59,662 nucleotides of DNA from the IMG/VR virus record IMGVR_UViG_3300005976_000001, positions 1 through 59,662 of that record. One strand, given 5' to 3'. The notes under the pieces were generated by a model. That model saw nothing but the letters and a program-made list of their open reading frames with translations, ran no database searches and was not told where the DNA came from. A program made the translations under genes and the position numbers. Positions 10,701-20,570 of the stretch are shown here, one piece after another (positions within the stretch are counted from its first letter, which is position 1; each line of letters opens with the position of its first letter). The stretch comes from a virus (taxonomy: Duplodnaviria; Caudoviricetes).

Positions 10701-11648
10701 GGCCTGGGGTTAATTGATGAAGGGCATAACTTAACATTAGCAGATGGAACTAAGTTCTTCTTAGGGTCTGATGGTAGTGAGAATAGAGGAGTTCACAGCT
10801 TTACTAACCTAGATAGAGTTGCAAAAGGTCAAGAAAATATAAATGCAGAAGGAGGTCTCCATAGTTACGATATAGATTACACAAACGACTTAGACTTCTT
10901 TAGCGGGATGAGTGGTATCTCATTAAGTAGGCTTGTTGGTGGAGGGAAAAGCAAAGCTATTGATCAGATGGGTAACTATGTTGCTAACGGTGCATTGAGC
11001 AGTGTAGGTCACGGCCAAGAGATGACCAGAGAGAATTTTAGTAAAACAATGGAGAACAATAGAGCTTTCTATGCTCAAGCTGGAATTAGTAGTAAGTCGG
11101 AAGCTTATCAGCTAGCTAATATGATGTATGCTGAAGGACGAATTGACGATATGGACCTAATTAGTATGCACCAATCATTTAACATGATGTATGATGATGA
11201 CGGGTATGAATTAGCTCAAACACTTGCTAAAGGAAGGTTTGAGGGTGTAGAGCTAGCAGTAGGGGCTAGTGAGATGCCGGAACGTCCTGCTCCTAGAGAG
11301 GTAGAGAACAGTCCCGCAAGGCACGAGCAAGACAAGCAAAGACAGAGAGCTCCTGGATTTTTTCATCCCGGATGGTCTACTATTGGGGACCAGGTGTCGG
11401 GAGTGCCTAGACCGCCCCAGAGACCGCAAGCTGCTCCTGGTTGGGGTGATATTCTAGGAGAGCCAGCACAGCAGCCAGGGCCAACAGAATTTGCGGCACA
11501 AGCTAACGAGAACTTACAAAACTTACCGGGAATAGGAGCGAGCGCTCAACCACCGCAGCCTGGGCCAACAGAATATGCGGCACAAGCTAACGAGAACTTT
11601 CAAAACTTACCGGGGTGGAGTGCTCTTGAAAACGTAGAGATAGGTTAA
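7737..11648 (+). CDS. Large Gly/Ala-rich internal virion (DNA ejection/pilot) protein
   Basis: 1303 aa with Q/A-rich helical segments and GxxxG-rich hydrophobic stretches (GALGGASLAMGLSAVGVGLGPLGIAG); first of three giant ORFs. Confidence 0.6.
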   Translation: MAERVLYKPVSQGQLNAGGLSFMLPNSGAYSGVSLYRGDERITDLTRSPYHSSDGVKFYSHKPGGSFGDDLTARVTLEDGTVQEYAIPRGAQRYEGPMGEELAESSKGMGGGGGGGGGRFTPGQQGHGFYPAYMGGSFPDPFMVDFEGMESAPFNFTDPMEFAKEYGEFNRGEYAKNFEQSQQFALEALRTEMAGLQEFAPAAQALKHEMLSLDNVRNQDMRTAQLDQAMPGMRGALRGQTDRAQAFAEGRLPEGMSDRAFELGVRSASADRSAAGGFGERSSVARSGSDLMSVRERIGLSQYGDQLLTSNSQLRQGMELAPTQYSDAGAQIQARPEVGAARLASQTLNELNALTTTPTTAAMSTKIGQEQFGTQLEQRTREFNATNSFKAALTNQAVANQFGMAKFGYDVSFAGAVAGAHQTDYNTEMAIQQQELAQQIYQDHFDQAQDAGTAGSIASGVGAIGGILDVISDVAGTVDDIISGDEDEEVAEDVVDDGGGDGGGVETPARGPSHMPSGPETPSGPPPMAGESAPEAVDVPAGVAVPDTHTPVGTNVDGSIHAVPRSRVASEARSFNADTGANINPEGNAQTTRALMTANGITMKAAGISNRPKEGYEKVGYDRQGAAVYSNTRMRNDQNSRAGESTVDGIARVLDPFGVMSAEDKTTMQQIAAASSDTAFAARLTAMASGGAKPKDFVNTLLNKYGYKALDQLTDSPDDRAGLGAAFTAYKLFQSWDKLSNSQRGQALASMGMQGYQYATGEKLGSKVIPATDLPGIEGGGMTVNQAMGLVGSGINAYALASNWGQMNDLNRLVGGTNTVASIAQTAQQFNLLGTGSTGAAAAADAATLAANGFTSAPNLGVGAITADVGAAIPSGYTQVATEGGKVVAMPAGNAASFSGIVQGAAGVAGIVGGAMTIAESWGSGTDRGALNGALGGASLAMGLSAVGVGLGPLGIAGVVAFSALSGLMKTGKHEEQVHRDGIRDHYAGLGLIDEGHNLTLADGTKFFLGSDGSENRGVHSFTNLDRVAKGQENINAEGGLHSYDIDYTNDLDFFSGMSGISLSRLVGGGKSKAIDQMGNYVANGALSSVGHGQEMTRENFSKTMENNRAFYAQAGISSKSEAYQLANMMYAEGRIDDMDLISMHQSFNMMYDDDGYELAQTLAKGRFEGVELAVGASEMPERPAPREVENSPARHEQDKQRQRAPGFFHPGWSTIGDQVSGVPRPPQRPQAAPGWGDILGEPAQQPGPTEFAAQANENLQNLPGIGASAQPPQPGPTEYAAQANENFQNLPGWSALENVEIG
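11469..11614 (+). repeat. Two-copy intragenic repeat (84-bp period) encoding QPGPTE[FY]AAQANEN[LF]QNLPG
   Basis: gggccaacagaat at 11478 and 11562, near-identical over about 60 bp. Confidence 0.85.
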
Positions 11649-11650
11649 GG

Positions 11651-13894
11651 ATGGCGTACAATATTTTCTCACAACTATCAGGTCCTCAAATTGACCAGAA
11701 TTTATTTGCTAATTCAGCAGGTGCAGGTATAGCTGGCGGTACAGCTGTTCCTTCTACTACTAAAGCTATTATAGACGGTGCTATTGAGGGCATAGAGACT
11801 GGCCAGCAGATGATTCAAAACAATCAACAGATTGAGATGAATCAGCAAAAAATAGATAACATGCCTCTAGAGCGTGAGGTAGCAGAAGAGCAATTAAAAG
11901 CAGTTCAAAGACAAGAGCAGCAACAACTACAAGAGCAACAAAGAAAACAGCAGCAGGTAGAGAGAGAAAACGAGTTCTTAGGTAAGTTTCAAAACGCACA
12001 GAATAACCCAAGAGCACAAGGAACCTTGCTGATGAGTGGTGAGTATGCCGATGTTCTGTCTCGTGATCCGAGAATGTGGGAGCAGTTAAACCAGCAAGTA
12101 GCAGCCCGTGGTGGTCTAAACCAGGACGAATTAAACGGGCTAAACTATAAGTCTAGAAGACAACAGACCGTAGACCTACACCAACAGTTAATTGAAAAAG
12201 AGCTTCCTAAGCTAGAGCTTCATTCAAGAAATCTTGAGAATAACTTAGCTGCCGGAGAAGCTGCTGATAAATTAAGCGCTACAAGAGAAGATGCTTCGAT
12301 GGAGGTATCATTCTCTCCAGCAGGTGCCTACCAGGTTACCCCTGAAGGTACTCGCGGTGAGTATAATACAGAACTATCTATACCTGAAGAGGGAGGAAGT
12401 TCTAGGGAATCTTTTGACATGTGGAGCTCTGATGGTAAGTACTTAGGACGTGCCAGTAAAGAAGAGAAAGCAGGAATAGAGGGTTATAGAAATAGTGCCA
12501 ATCTGGTAAACGGCACAAAGATGATAACTGCTATACGCAACCTACAAAAGAAAAGTGGGTTCTCAGATACTAAAGCAGAGCAGGTAACTCAGCAAGGTCA
12601 AGGCCAGCAAGGTCAAGGCCAGCAAGCTGTTCAAGGTCAGCAGGGTGCTCAGGACCAACAAGCCCAACTACAGAACCAAACACCGAGCACCAGGAACCGT
12701 GGGAACATAAGAGGTCTTGGAAGGCTAAAGGGAGTAGCTATTGACTCAGCTGAATCTCCTTCATCTAATATGGAAGTTGCAGAAGGAGTTCGTTCTGAAC
12801 TAGGACTAAGTGAGCAAGAGTATCAAGCTAATGAAGAAATTTTCTCTCAGTTTATTGATGCAGCCGGTAGGGCTGCTCTAGAGCAGCCGAATATAGTGGG
12901 CAGACTAGCCGCAGGATTCTTCGACCCCACTCCTGGAGAGGCAGAACTTAGGAGTGTTAGAAGACAAGCCGCTACTGCTATAGCAGAAGCAGAAGTTGCT
13001 AGAATACGGTCTGTTCCGGGGGGGTCTGCTATGTATAATGAGCAAGCAGTTGAAGACCACAACAGACAAGTAGATCAGTTTGAACAGGACCAGGAGTCTC
13101 CGTGGACGAGAATGGATTCAGGAACTTTATTCTTGTTAGGCACAGCTGGTAAGCTGCGAACAGAAAGAGTAGAGACACCAGCAGAGCTTTATTATGTGAG
13201 AAACAGGTCGTCATTGGACCAGAGAGTGAGAGGATTAGAAGATGGTTTGGTAAAAGAGCTGCGAGCTAATTTTAGAGCACCAGAAAGAAGAGAGCAGTTA
13301 GGTGCAGAGATACGGGGGAATTTAAGAGGCATGGCAAATGAGAGTGACTTTAAACCTAAAGTAGCGGGCTCTAACCAGCAACAAAGTGCTGCTAACCAAC
13401 AAGACCAATCTCCGTTAGGGGGACAGGCAGAAGGGGGAGGAGCATCTCTTGGAGGGCCGCCAAGAAGTGCTGACCCACTAGACAACACGCCGGGTATGAG
13501 AGAGGTTAATCAGTTTATTCCTATCACTCAACAGGTTGGTGAATCCTTTGATGTAGAGCCTGCTTTGATTCAAGCAATTATATTTGCAGAGTCTACCGGT
13601 AATCCAGCAGCTGGTTCTCCAGCAGGTGCTAGAGGATTAATGCAGTTAATGCCTGGAACAGCAGCTGACATGGGAGTCGAGGACCCACTTGACCCAATAC
13701 AAAATATTACAGGTGGAACCAAGTATATTAAAAAGATGCTAGAGATGTTTAACGGCGACCTGGAGCTAGCACTTGCAGCTTATAATGCAGGCCCCGGCAC
13801 AGTCCAGAGGCACAAAGGAATTCCACCATACAGAGAGACTCAGAACTATGTTAAGAAGGTAATCAATGAGTACCGACGACGAACTAACTCTTAA
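11651..13894 (+). CDS. Internal virion protein with C-terminal soluble lytic transglycosylase (SLT) domain
   Basis: AIIFAES (catalytic Glu), GARGLMQLMPGTA, ALAAYNAGPG, PPYRETQNYV; Q-rich coiled-coil N-terminus. Confidence 0.9.
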   Translation: MAYNIFSQLSGPQIDQNLFANSAGAGIAGGTAVPSTTKAIIDGAIEGIETGQQMIQNNQQIEMNQQKIDNMPLEREVAEEQLKAVQRQEQQQLQEQQRKQQQVERENEFLGKFQNAQNNPRAQGTLLMSGEYADVLSRDPRMWEQLNQQVAARGGLNQDELNGLNYKSRRQQTVDLHQQLIEKELPKLELHSRNLENNLAAGEAADKLSATREDASMEVSFSPAGAYQVTPEGTRGEYNTELSIPEEGGSSRESFDMWSSDGKYLGRASKEEKAGIEGYRNSANLVNGTKMITAIRNLQKKSGFSDTKAEQVTQQGQGQQGQGQQAVQGQQGAQDQQAQLQNQTPSTRNRGNIRGLGRLKGVAIDSAESPSSNMEVAEGVRSELGLSEQEYQANEEIFSQFIDAAGRAALEQPNIVGRLAAGFFDPTPGEAELRSVRRQAATAIAEAEVARIRSVPGGSAMYNEQAVEDHNRQVDQFEQDQESPWTRMDSGTLFLLGTAGKLRTERVETPAELYYVRNRSSLDQRVRGLEDGLVKELRANFRAPERREQLGAEIRGNLRGMANESDFKPKVAGSNQQQSAANQQDQSPLGGQAEGGGASLGGPPRSADPLDNTPGMREVNQFIPITQQVGESFDVEPALIQAIIFAESTGNPAAGSPAGARGLMQLMPGTAADMGVEDPLDPIQNITGGTKYIKKMLEMFNGDLELALAAYNAGPGTVQRHKGIPPYRETQNYVKKVINEYRRRTNS

Positions 13895-16800
13895 TAAAAA
13901 TGACATGGCATCTGCTCTCTATCCTATATTTGAAGATAGCAGTGTATATCAACAACCAGATCTGGTTGAGTCGTCTGTTAAAGAAATTTATTCTAGTCAC
14001 GCAGACCAGTGGGATGATGAAGCAAAGGAGCTCCTGGCTACAACTTATGACCAGTATAAAAAAGCAAGTAATATATCGGTTGGTGTTGACTGGTTGTCCG
14101 CTTTTCCGGCACCAGAAGAACTAAAAGATGAGTCTATTCCAAAAGAGACAAAGTTAGAACTAGTTGACCAGTGGCAAAAGGATGCTGAAGAGCACTTCTC
14201 TACATCAGGTGGAGCCGACTGGGTACTAAATTCATTAGAGTCCAGAAAAGCTATAAAGATGGCAGCTGACGGAATAAAGAGAAATGTTGCAGGCGAGGGA
14301 GTAAGTAGGGGGAAGGACTTAGCTGCCCGGATGGGACAAGCTGCTGGAACCTATATGGCTGATCTATTCGGTGCAGATGAAACATCTGATTCTATTAAAG
14401 AGTACTTTACTGAAAACCCAGAATATGATGACTCTTTTGGTAGTAAAGAGATAGAAGCTATCGGCCAAGCTGGTGGTCAGTTTGGATTACCTGTTGGACT
14501 AGCTGTTGGTACAGTCGGAGCGGTAACTGCTTTAGGTGGCGCAAAAGCTGCCGCAGTTGGGACAGCTGTATTTGTAGCAGCTCAGTCTATACTTGGTTTT
14601 GTCGGCGGGTATAAAGAAGCATACGACACTGTGTACGAAGCTACCGGTTCTGAAAACCAGGCAACTAATACTGCTATGCAGTCAGGATTTAGCACTGCCG
14701 GGATGGAAGTAGTAGTTAACTCTCTTGTAGCAAACAAGTTACTTTCTCCGTATGTTAAAGCTCTTAGCCCTACTAGAAAATCAAGACTTGCAGCCGCAGC
14801 TGTTGCAGCTGCTGAAAAGGGTAGTCTAGGTGCAGCTTCTGGTGGAGTCACTGAAGGGTTCCAAGACTTATCTACTCAATTACTTACTGGTGCTATCACA
14901 GAAGAGGATGTTAGCTGGTCTCAAGTAGGAGAATCTACATACTTAGGACTGATTTCAGACGGAACTATCAGTGGTGGAGGTGCCGGTGGAGCTACACTTA
15001 TAAGACATAGAAGTAGTGTAGCAGCAGATGCTGCTCAATCTGCTACTACTCTAGAGCAGGAAGCAGCTAAACCACAGCGAGAACAAACAGCAACGGAAGA
15101 AGGGCTAGAGCGCAAAAAACAACAACCTCTATCTACTGAGGCAGAGCAAGCACTAGCTACTACTTTGCAAGATTATGCAGATGGTAACTCCGATACTGAC
15201 TTAACACTAGATGGCATTAAACTAAATTCTATTCCACAGGACCTTCTAGATATACTTAACTTAGAAGCAACCTCATCTGGAGAAGGAACAGTAGTAAAGA
15301 GAGTTCCAGTAGTAAGAGGAGAATCCGGAGTGTTATCCGCTGCTTCAAAAGCTTTATCTAAAACACTTGGAACTGAAGCTGTTCAGCAAGTAGCAAGCAC
15401 AGCTGTTGACACACAAGTAGACCCAGTAACTACTCCACCTACCGACCCAGTACAGGGTACACCAGAGTTATCACAGAGACAGCTTGATACAGCTCAGAGA
15501 AATCTCACACCGGAACCAGACCTGTCTCCTGCTCCAATAGAAACTACGTTGGATGCCGAGCTTCCCGGAATGATTCAGGAAATGGAAGCAAGACTAGCTG
15601 AGATACCAACTATCAATCAGCTTCAAAATAATTTGGTACAAGCAAGAAGACGGCATGAAGCCACTAAAGAACTAGTAGCTAACTCAAAGCACATGCCTAA
15701 TCCTAAAATTAGAAAACTAATAGCAGAAGCTGCTGTTGGTCTACATAATGCAGAAACTGAGATGAACAGAGAAACAAACTCTGCTCACTACACCTACGCT
15801 AGAGAAGTTTTAAAAGACGAGATAGTTTACGCAAGGCGGCATCTTTCCCGGATGGACGAGTCAGGGAATAATAAAGTTACAAACTCTGAACACACTAGTA
15901 TTCCGTATGTGAGAGTAGCTCCATATAAAGTCTCTCAAGCAAGGTCAAAGTCAACTAAAACTGGAGCAGAGTATACCGGAATCATTGATCCAGGGTTACG
16001 AGCTACAGTTAACTCCTGGGCTGCCGGGTTTGATTTAAAGGCTTTAGGTTTTCCAAAACTATATGTTGGAACATTCTTTGATGCTCAAAACGGTGCGTTT
16101 AATAACGCCGGTAAAGATGTTCAAGCTATGATGGAGTCTGCTAAACCTAAGCTAGAGACCAGTGAAGCAGTAGCTATTGTAGGAGATAAGAAAGCTGCAA
16201 TACTTTTAAAGAGTCCTCTATTTAATCCAAAGACAGTTAAAGAAGCATCCCATGAGATGGGGCATATAGTTTTTGATACACTCTGGAATAAAAAAGCAAC
16301 AGAAGACACTAAAGCTCAAGTCTATGAGGACTATCAAAACGCAAAACTAGATGCCTTAAAGCATAAGAAAGCAGCTGACGTAGCAAAAGCTCTCGGTGTT
16401 AGAGATGATATGTATGCTAGTGATACCAGAACATTTGACCAGCTAACTCTTGATGAGCAGAAGTACTTAATAGATAATGAGATTGGCTTTAGTGAATGGT
16501 TTGCTAATAAGGTCTCAGCTTATATTGTGGACCCGACTCTTGTCCCTACTAACCCGGCACAACGTCTGTATAAAATACTAGCAGATGCGTTTAAACGGAT
16601 ATACTCTATGGTATCTGCTCAGTTTAGAGAGCAGAGTCCTACTCTAAAGCAGTGGTTAGATGAGCAGTTTAGTATTGAGAGGGCCCGTAATACCTTCCCG
16701 GAAACCCCTAAGGTAACCAGACCACTAAATAGACCTGCCGGACAGCGAGAGATGTCAGTATCTAAAAGGTTACGCCTGGCAGATAACACACGGAGAGTAA

Positions 16801-19235
16801 AGGAAGGACTAAAGCATAATTACTACACACCGCTTTCACCTAAAGCTACTCTAAGAGATGTCCAAAACAGAGTAGCAGAAGACAGAATTGATTTTAATAT
16901 CAACGAAGTATTAGATGAAAAGAACGGTATGCCAGCTGATATCCGTTCTCCATACGCAGTAGCAGTGCATGATACTTTGCAAAAAATGGTAGCCAAAGAG
17001 ACCAACCCGGATAAGAAAGCTTTCTTAGAGGATAAGTATATATCGTTTGTTAACAACGTAGCTGAAATTGCGTTAAAGTACGGGAGATTTAATCAAGCAC
17101 TGAGTCTGCTCCCTAGAATGAGTAAGAGTTCGCTTTTTCGTTCTACTAAGAATCAAGTAGAGAAAGCTTTTGAGAGAGCTAAAAAAGAACTTCCAGCTAA
17201 CTACGATAAAATAATTAAAGAGGTAGTAGATGATATCCAGCCTAAGATGAAGGGCAAAGACTTGCACCTTCTACAAGAAGTAAACAGACAGCTCTTAAAC
17301 AGGCTAGACGCAGAGTTAGATATCCCCACAGAAGGAGCTCTTAGGTACTTCTGGTACGGTAACTTTCTTTCCGGGTTTGATACTCAGATGGTAAATGTTG
17401 GTGCTAGTGGGATGGACCTGTTAGGCCGAACTATGGCCAGTATGATTGCTAGCCCTAGAGACATTCCGACTATTATATCTGGAACTCTTGCGGGGTTTAA
17501 CAAAGCAATAACTACCGGTGAAGCTAACTTAAGAGGTATAGCTACTAGAAATGCAAGGTCAAATAAATATGGAATTGATAATGCAGCTGTAGCTCCACTA
17601 GTTAAGTGGGAAAACAGAGCACTAAGAGCTCCTATGAACGCAATGATAAAGCTCTTAGAGAAGTTTCCTTTTAGAGCACTTAGAGCTCAAGATGCTTTTA
17701 TGTCTACTATAGCGTCAGAGCAGCAAGCTTATTTGATAACCGCTAGAGCATTAAGAAAGCATATAAAAGATAACGACTTAGAAGTAACAAGAGAGCAGTT
17801 TGCTCAGACTATGACTGATATGCTTTTTGATGGGCCAGAGACTATAGCTAAGCTACGAGAGCAAGCTATTGCTGAAGCAAAAGAGGTTTACGGTGATAGA
17901 GACATCTCTGATAACGCATTGGAAAACTCTGTAACTTTAAGAGTATTTGAACTAGTAGACCAGATGAGGGACCCGGAGCTAGTAAAAGAGGCTTCCAGAT
18001 ATGGCGACATGATAACATACACTCAAAAGCCGCAAGGAACTTTTGGTGTAATAGCTGAGTTGATGAACAAAGCTAACAGAGACCTTATAATCACACGGTA
18101 TACAGTGCTTCCGTTCGTAGATGTAGTTGCAAATGTTCTCTCTAGGAGTGTGGATTATAGCCCGATAGGTGGGTTACGTGCCTGGTACGGCGGTCATTTA
18201 AGCTCTGTATACGGTAGAGATAAGACTACTTTTTCTAATCTAGAAAGAAGGCAAAGAGCAGCTGCTTCTTTTATGGGAACAGCTTCTTGGGGACTATTAA
18301 TGACAGCAGCCTCTCAAGCGCTTCAAGCTTCTGAAGAAAGCGGCGAACCACCGTGGTTTGAGTGGAACGGGTATGGGCCTAAAGCAGGAAGTAGAGCTAG
18401 AGACCAGTGGCTCTCTGCCGGAAACAAGCCTTGGTCACTACGGATAGGTGATACAATTTTATCCTATAACGAGATGCCAGGTGCTCCTTTTATGGCACTT
18501 GGTGGAGCGATCATGGACCATATGCGGTACAACCAGGAATGGGATGAGATGGATCTGGCAGCTAGAGTATTACTACTTAGTAAAGATACATCTGCAAGTA
18601 TTACTAACATGGGGTTCTTAAGCTCAATAAAGAACATAGGCGATATCATGGCAGGTAAGCGTGATATACTTTCCCCACTATCTACATCAGTTCAGGGACT
18701 TGTTCCAGGCCAGGGTGCTCTACGTTATATTAACAATATAATGGACCCAACTAAGGTAGACTACCGGGATGTAAAAGCGCTATTTATGGCTAACTTACCA
18801 TATGCTAAAAGCTTTGTACGTCCTGAACTAAATGTCTTCGGAGAGAAGCTTCACAGACCTGGAAGATTTACAAGTTCACTTGTACCAGATCCAACTATAA
18901 AGTGGATGACTGATAGAAACTTAACTGTGGCTGGTTACGGTGGAACAGAAGTTGGAACAGGAAGGAGTTTAGATGAAAAATCTTTCTATGCAGCTATTAA
19001 AGCTGATAGAGAAAAACACCTCGGAAGGTATGCCGCCAATATACTTACAGAAGAGGAGAAGTTTGCTATTCAAGAAACATCCGGTCCGAGAATTAAAAAA
19101 CGCATCCAAGCACTTATGGATAAAGGTTGGGCACCGGAGAGCTATCAATACGTAATTGATAAGATAGTTACTCAAGAAAGAAACAGAGCAAAACAAGAGA
19201 TACTGGCCGGTCAGTACAGAGCAAGAAACAACTAG
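13866..19235 (+). CDS. Giant internal virion/ejection protein of polyvalent type with zincin-like metallopeptidase motif
   Basis: 1789 aa; HEMGH at 16251-16265 with downstream SEWFAN; helical C-terminal region resembling large polyvalent/ejection proteins. Confidence 0.6.
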   Translation: MSTDDELTLNKNDMASALYPIFEDSSVYQQPDLVESSVKEIYSSHADQWDDEAKELLATTYDQYKKASNISVGVDWLSAFPAPEELKDESIPKETKLELVDQWQKDAEEHFSTSGGADWVLNSLESRKAIKMAADGIKRNVAGEGVSRGKDLAARMGQAAGTYMADLFGADETSDSIKEYFTENPEYDDSFGSKEIEAIGQAGGQFGLPVGLAVGTVGAVTALGGAKAAAVGTAVFVAAQSILGFVGGYKEAYDTVYEATGSENQATNTAMQSGFSTAGMEVVVNSLVANKLLSPYVKALSPTRKSRLAAAAVAAAEKGSLGAASGGVTEGFQDLSTQLLTGAITEEDVSWSQVGESTYLGLISDGTISGGGAGGATLIRHRSSVAADAAQSATTLEQEAAKPQREQTATEEGLERKKQQPLSTEAEQALATTLQDYADGNSDTDLTLDGIKLNSIPQDLLDILNLEATSSGEGTVVKRVPVVRGESGVLSAASKALSKTLGTEAVQQVASTAVDTQVDPVTTPPTDPVQGTPELSQRQLDTAQRNLTPEPDLSPAPIETTLDAELPGMIQEMEARLAEIPTINQLQNNLVQARRRHEATKELVANSKHMPNPKIRKLIAEAAVGLHNAETEMNRETNSAHYTYAREVLKDEIVYARRHLSRMDESGNNKVTNSEHTSIPYVRVAPYKVSQARSKSTKTGAEYTGIIDPGLRATVNSWAAGFDLKALGFPKLYVGTFFDAQNGAFNNAGKDVQAMMESAKPKLETSEAVAIVGDKKAAILLKSPLFNPKTVKEASHEMGHIVFDTLWNKKATEDTKAQVYEDYQNAKLDALKHKKAADVAKALGVRDDMYASDTRTFDQLTLDEQKYLIDNEIGFSEWFANKVSAYIVDPTLVPTNPAQRLYKILADAFKRIYSMVSAQFREQSPTLKQWLDEQFSIERARNTFPETPKVTRPLNRPAGQREMSVSKRLRLADNTRRVKEGLKHNYYTPLSPKATLRDVQNRVAEDRIDFNINEVLDEKNGMPADIRSPYAVAVHDTLQKMVAKETNPDKKAFLEDKYISFVNNVAEIALKYGRFNQALSLLPRMSKSSLFRSTKNQVEKAFERAKKELPANYDKIIKEVVDDIQPKMKGKDLHLLQEVNRQLLNRLDAELDIPTEGALRYFWYGNFLSGFDTQMVNVGASGMDLLGRTMASMIASPRDIPTIISGTLAGFNKAITTGEANLRGIATRNARSNKYGIDNAAVAPLVKWENRALRAPMNAMIKLLEKFPFRALRAQDAFMSTIASEQQAYLITARALRKHIKDNDLEVTREQFAQTMTDMLFDGPETIAKLREQAIAEAKEVYGDRDISDNALENSVTLRVFELVDQMRDPELVKEASRYGDMITYTQKPQGTFGVIAELMNKANRDLIITRYTVLPFVDVVANVLSRSVDYSPIGGLRAWYGGHLSSVYGRDKTTFSNLERRQRAAASFMGTASWGLLMTAASQALQASEESGEPPWFEWNGYGPKAGSRARDQWLSAGNKPWSLRIGDTILSYNEMPGAPFMALGGAIMDHMRYNQEWDEMDLAARVLLLSKDTSASITNMGFLSSIKNIGDIMAGKRDILSPLSTSVQGLVPGQGALRYINNIMDPTKVDYRDVKALFMANLPYAKSFVRPELNVFGEKLHRPGRFTSSLVPDPTIKWMTDRNLTVAGYGGTEVGTGRSLDEKSFYAAIKADREKHLGRYAANILTEEEKFAIQETSGPRIKKRIQALMDKGWAPESYQYVIDKIVTQERNRAKQEILAGQYRARNN

Positions 19236-19729
19236 TCTAAGTTGAGACCTAAGTCTCTAAAGTACATCTTCTTACCATACGTTGCTATTAAAAGTGCATC
19301 GGCTATAGCGTGAGTAACCTTTACACCGAACTTTGAATATAACTGCTGTGCTCTAGCTCTTGTAATTCTCTTATCACCACCAGTTAGGCACTTCATATTT
19401 CTCTGCCACACAGATGGCGTAACTGTATCGTATGGAATGTCTAGTGCAGTTAAGAGCCCTCGGTAGAACCCATAGCTATCGCTTATCTTTGAAGTTGCTA
19501 TTGAGCCTCTACCTATTCCTTCCTGCTTTCCTTTCTGGGGTAAAGCAGTGATTAGTTCTAAGTAAGCATAATCCGGGTTGCTATTCTTAATAAAGTTCTT
19601 TATATCGTGGTCTGTTTCTTTTCCTTTAACGTGACTAACCTCTAAAGAATCAGACTCTATAATTAGTAAAATTACTGCACCAGATTTTCCTGGGTCTATT
19701 CCAATTAGTTTAACCGGATAAGATATCAT
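19232..19729 (-). CDS. ruvC: RuvC-like Holliday junction resolvase
   Basis: IGIDPGKSGA, YLE, VTPSVWQ, K..R..AQQL, ADALLIA motifs. Confidence 0.85.
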   Translation of the reverse strand: MISYPVKLIGIDPGKSGAVILLIIESDSLEVSHVKGKETDHDIKNFIKNSNPDYAYLELITALPQKGKQEGIGRGSIATSKISDSYGFYRGLLTALDIPYDTVTPSVWQRNMKCLTGGDKRITRARAQQLYSKFGVKVTHAIADALLIATYGKKMYFRDLGLNLD

Positions 19730-20064
19730 TCATCGTCCTCTGACAGTTTAATTAACTGTTTAATATACTTAGGTGGAAGGTCAATATACTCTACTATTGA
19801 TTCAAAAGAGAAGTAAGGATAAGGACTTTTGATGATTCCTTTTAACCACTGAATTGCATCGGTCCGTATAGTAGAATCACTTGATTGTAAATCTCTCTTT
19901 GTTAGCTCCAGTATGCCGTAGAGTAAAGTCTCTTCTGGAGACAGCATTCTGTACTCTCCAAAATAAATTGTAGAGTAGTCACTAGCTATCTTACGCTCAA
20001 AGATATGATAGAAGTAGTTCTTCTTGCGCGGTTTTTTGTTTGTGTTTTGTGTCTCTTTTTCCAT
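19726..20064 (-). CDS. Hypothetical protein
   Basis: 112-aa ORF, ATGA-type overlap with ruvC. Confidence 0.6.
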   Translation of the reverse strand: MEKETQNTNKKPRKKNYFYHIFERKIASDYSTIYFGEYRMLSPEETLLYGILELTKRDLQSSDSTIRTDAIQWLKGIIKSPYPYFSFESIVEYIDLPPKYIKQLIKLSEDDE

Positions 20065-20136
20065 AGTCCATCTGACTTAAGGTAAAAAGAGTGTAGCGAT
20101 TAGTTAGGTTAGAGTACAGTAAAAAGATTCTACTTT

Positions 20137-20526
20137 TTATTTAGGCTCAATATCATCTGGTACTTCAGGTGGGGATAAGTATAGAACTTTCTGCTCATCT
20201 TGTTTTGAGAGCCGACACTTTTTTACAACCTTATCCCATAGAGGAGCTTTTCCTTGAAACTCTGCAAGCTCGCTATAGTTTAGAGCCCAGAGCGGTACTT
20301 TTAGTCCCTCAGCCACTCTTCTTGTATACTTTAATGGTACACTCCCTCTAAACCTCCAAGCAAAAGAAAGCGACGGGTCTATGCCGCACAGAGCGGCTAC
20401 ACGGGTAGGTCCACCGGATAGTGTCCATATGTAATCAATTAAAAGACCCTGACTGGTAGTTGGTGTGGACTTTTCTCGCGGGCCTCCCCGGCTCGTAGCT
20501 TTCTTACTGTGTTGTTTTTTTACCAT
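20137..20526 (-). CDS. Putative Cro/XRE-like HTH DNA-binding protein
   Basis: GGPTRVAALCGIDPSLSFAWRFRGSVP resembles a Cro-type HTH (GG...A..G.....W..RG.VP). Confidence 0.55.
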   Translation of the reverse strand: MVKKQHSKKATSRGGPREKSTPTTSQGLLIDYIWTLSGGPTRVAALCGIDPSLSFAWRFRGSVPLKYTRRVAEGLKVPLWALNYSELAEFQGKAPLWDKVVKKCRLSKQDEQKVLYLSPPEVPDDIEPK

Positions 20527-20532
20527 ATACTA

Positions 20533-20561
20533 AGAGTATCAAACAATATAAAAGAAGTCAA
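20533..20561 (-). promoter_or_regulatory. Sigma70-like promoter, likely leaderless, for the HTH gene
   Basis: Minus strand TTGACT-N17-TACTCT, 6 nt before ATG 20526; no SD. Confidence 0.55.
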
Positions 20562-20570
20562 ACAAATTGT

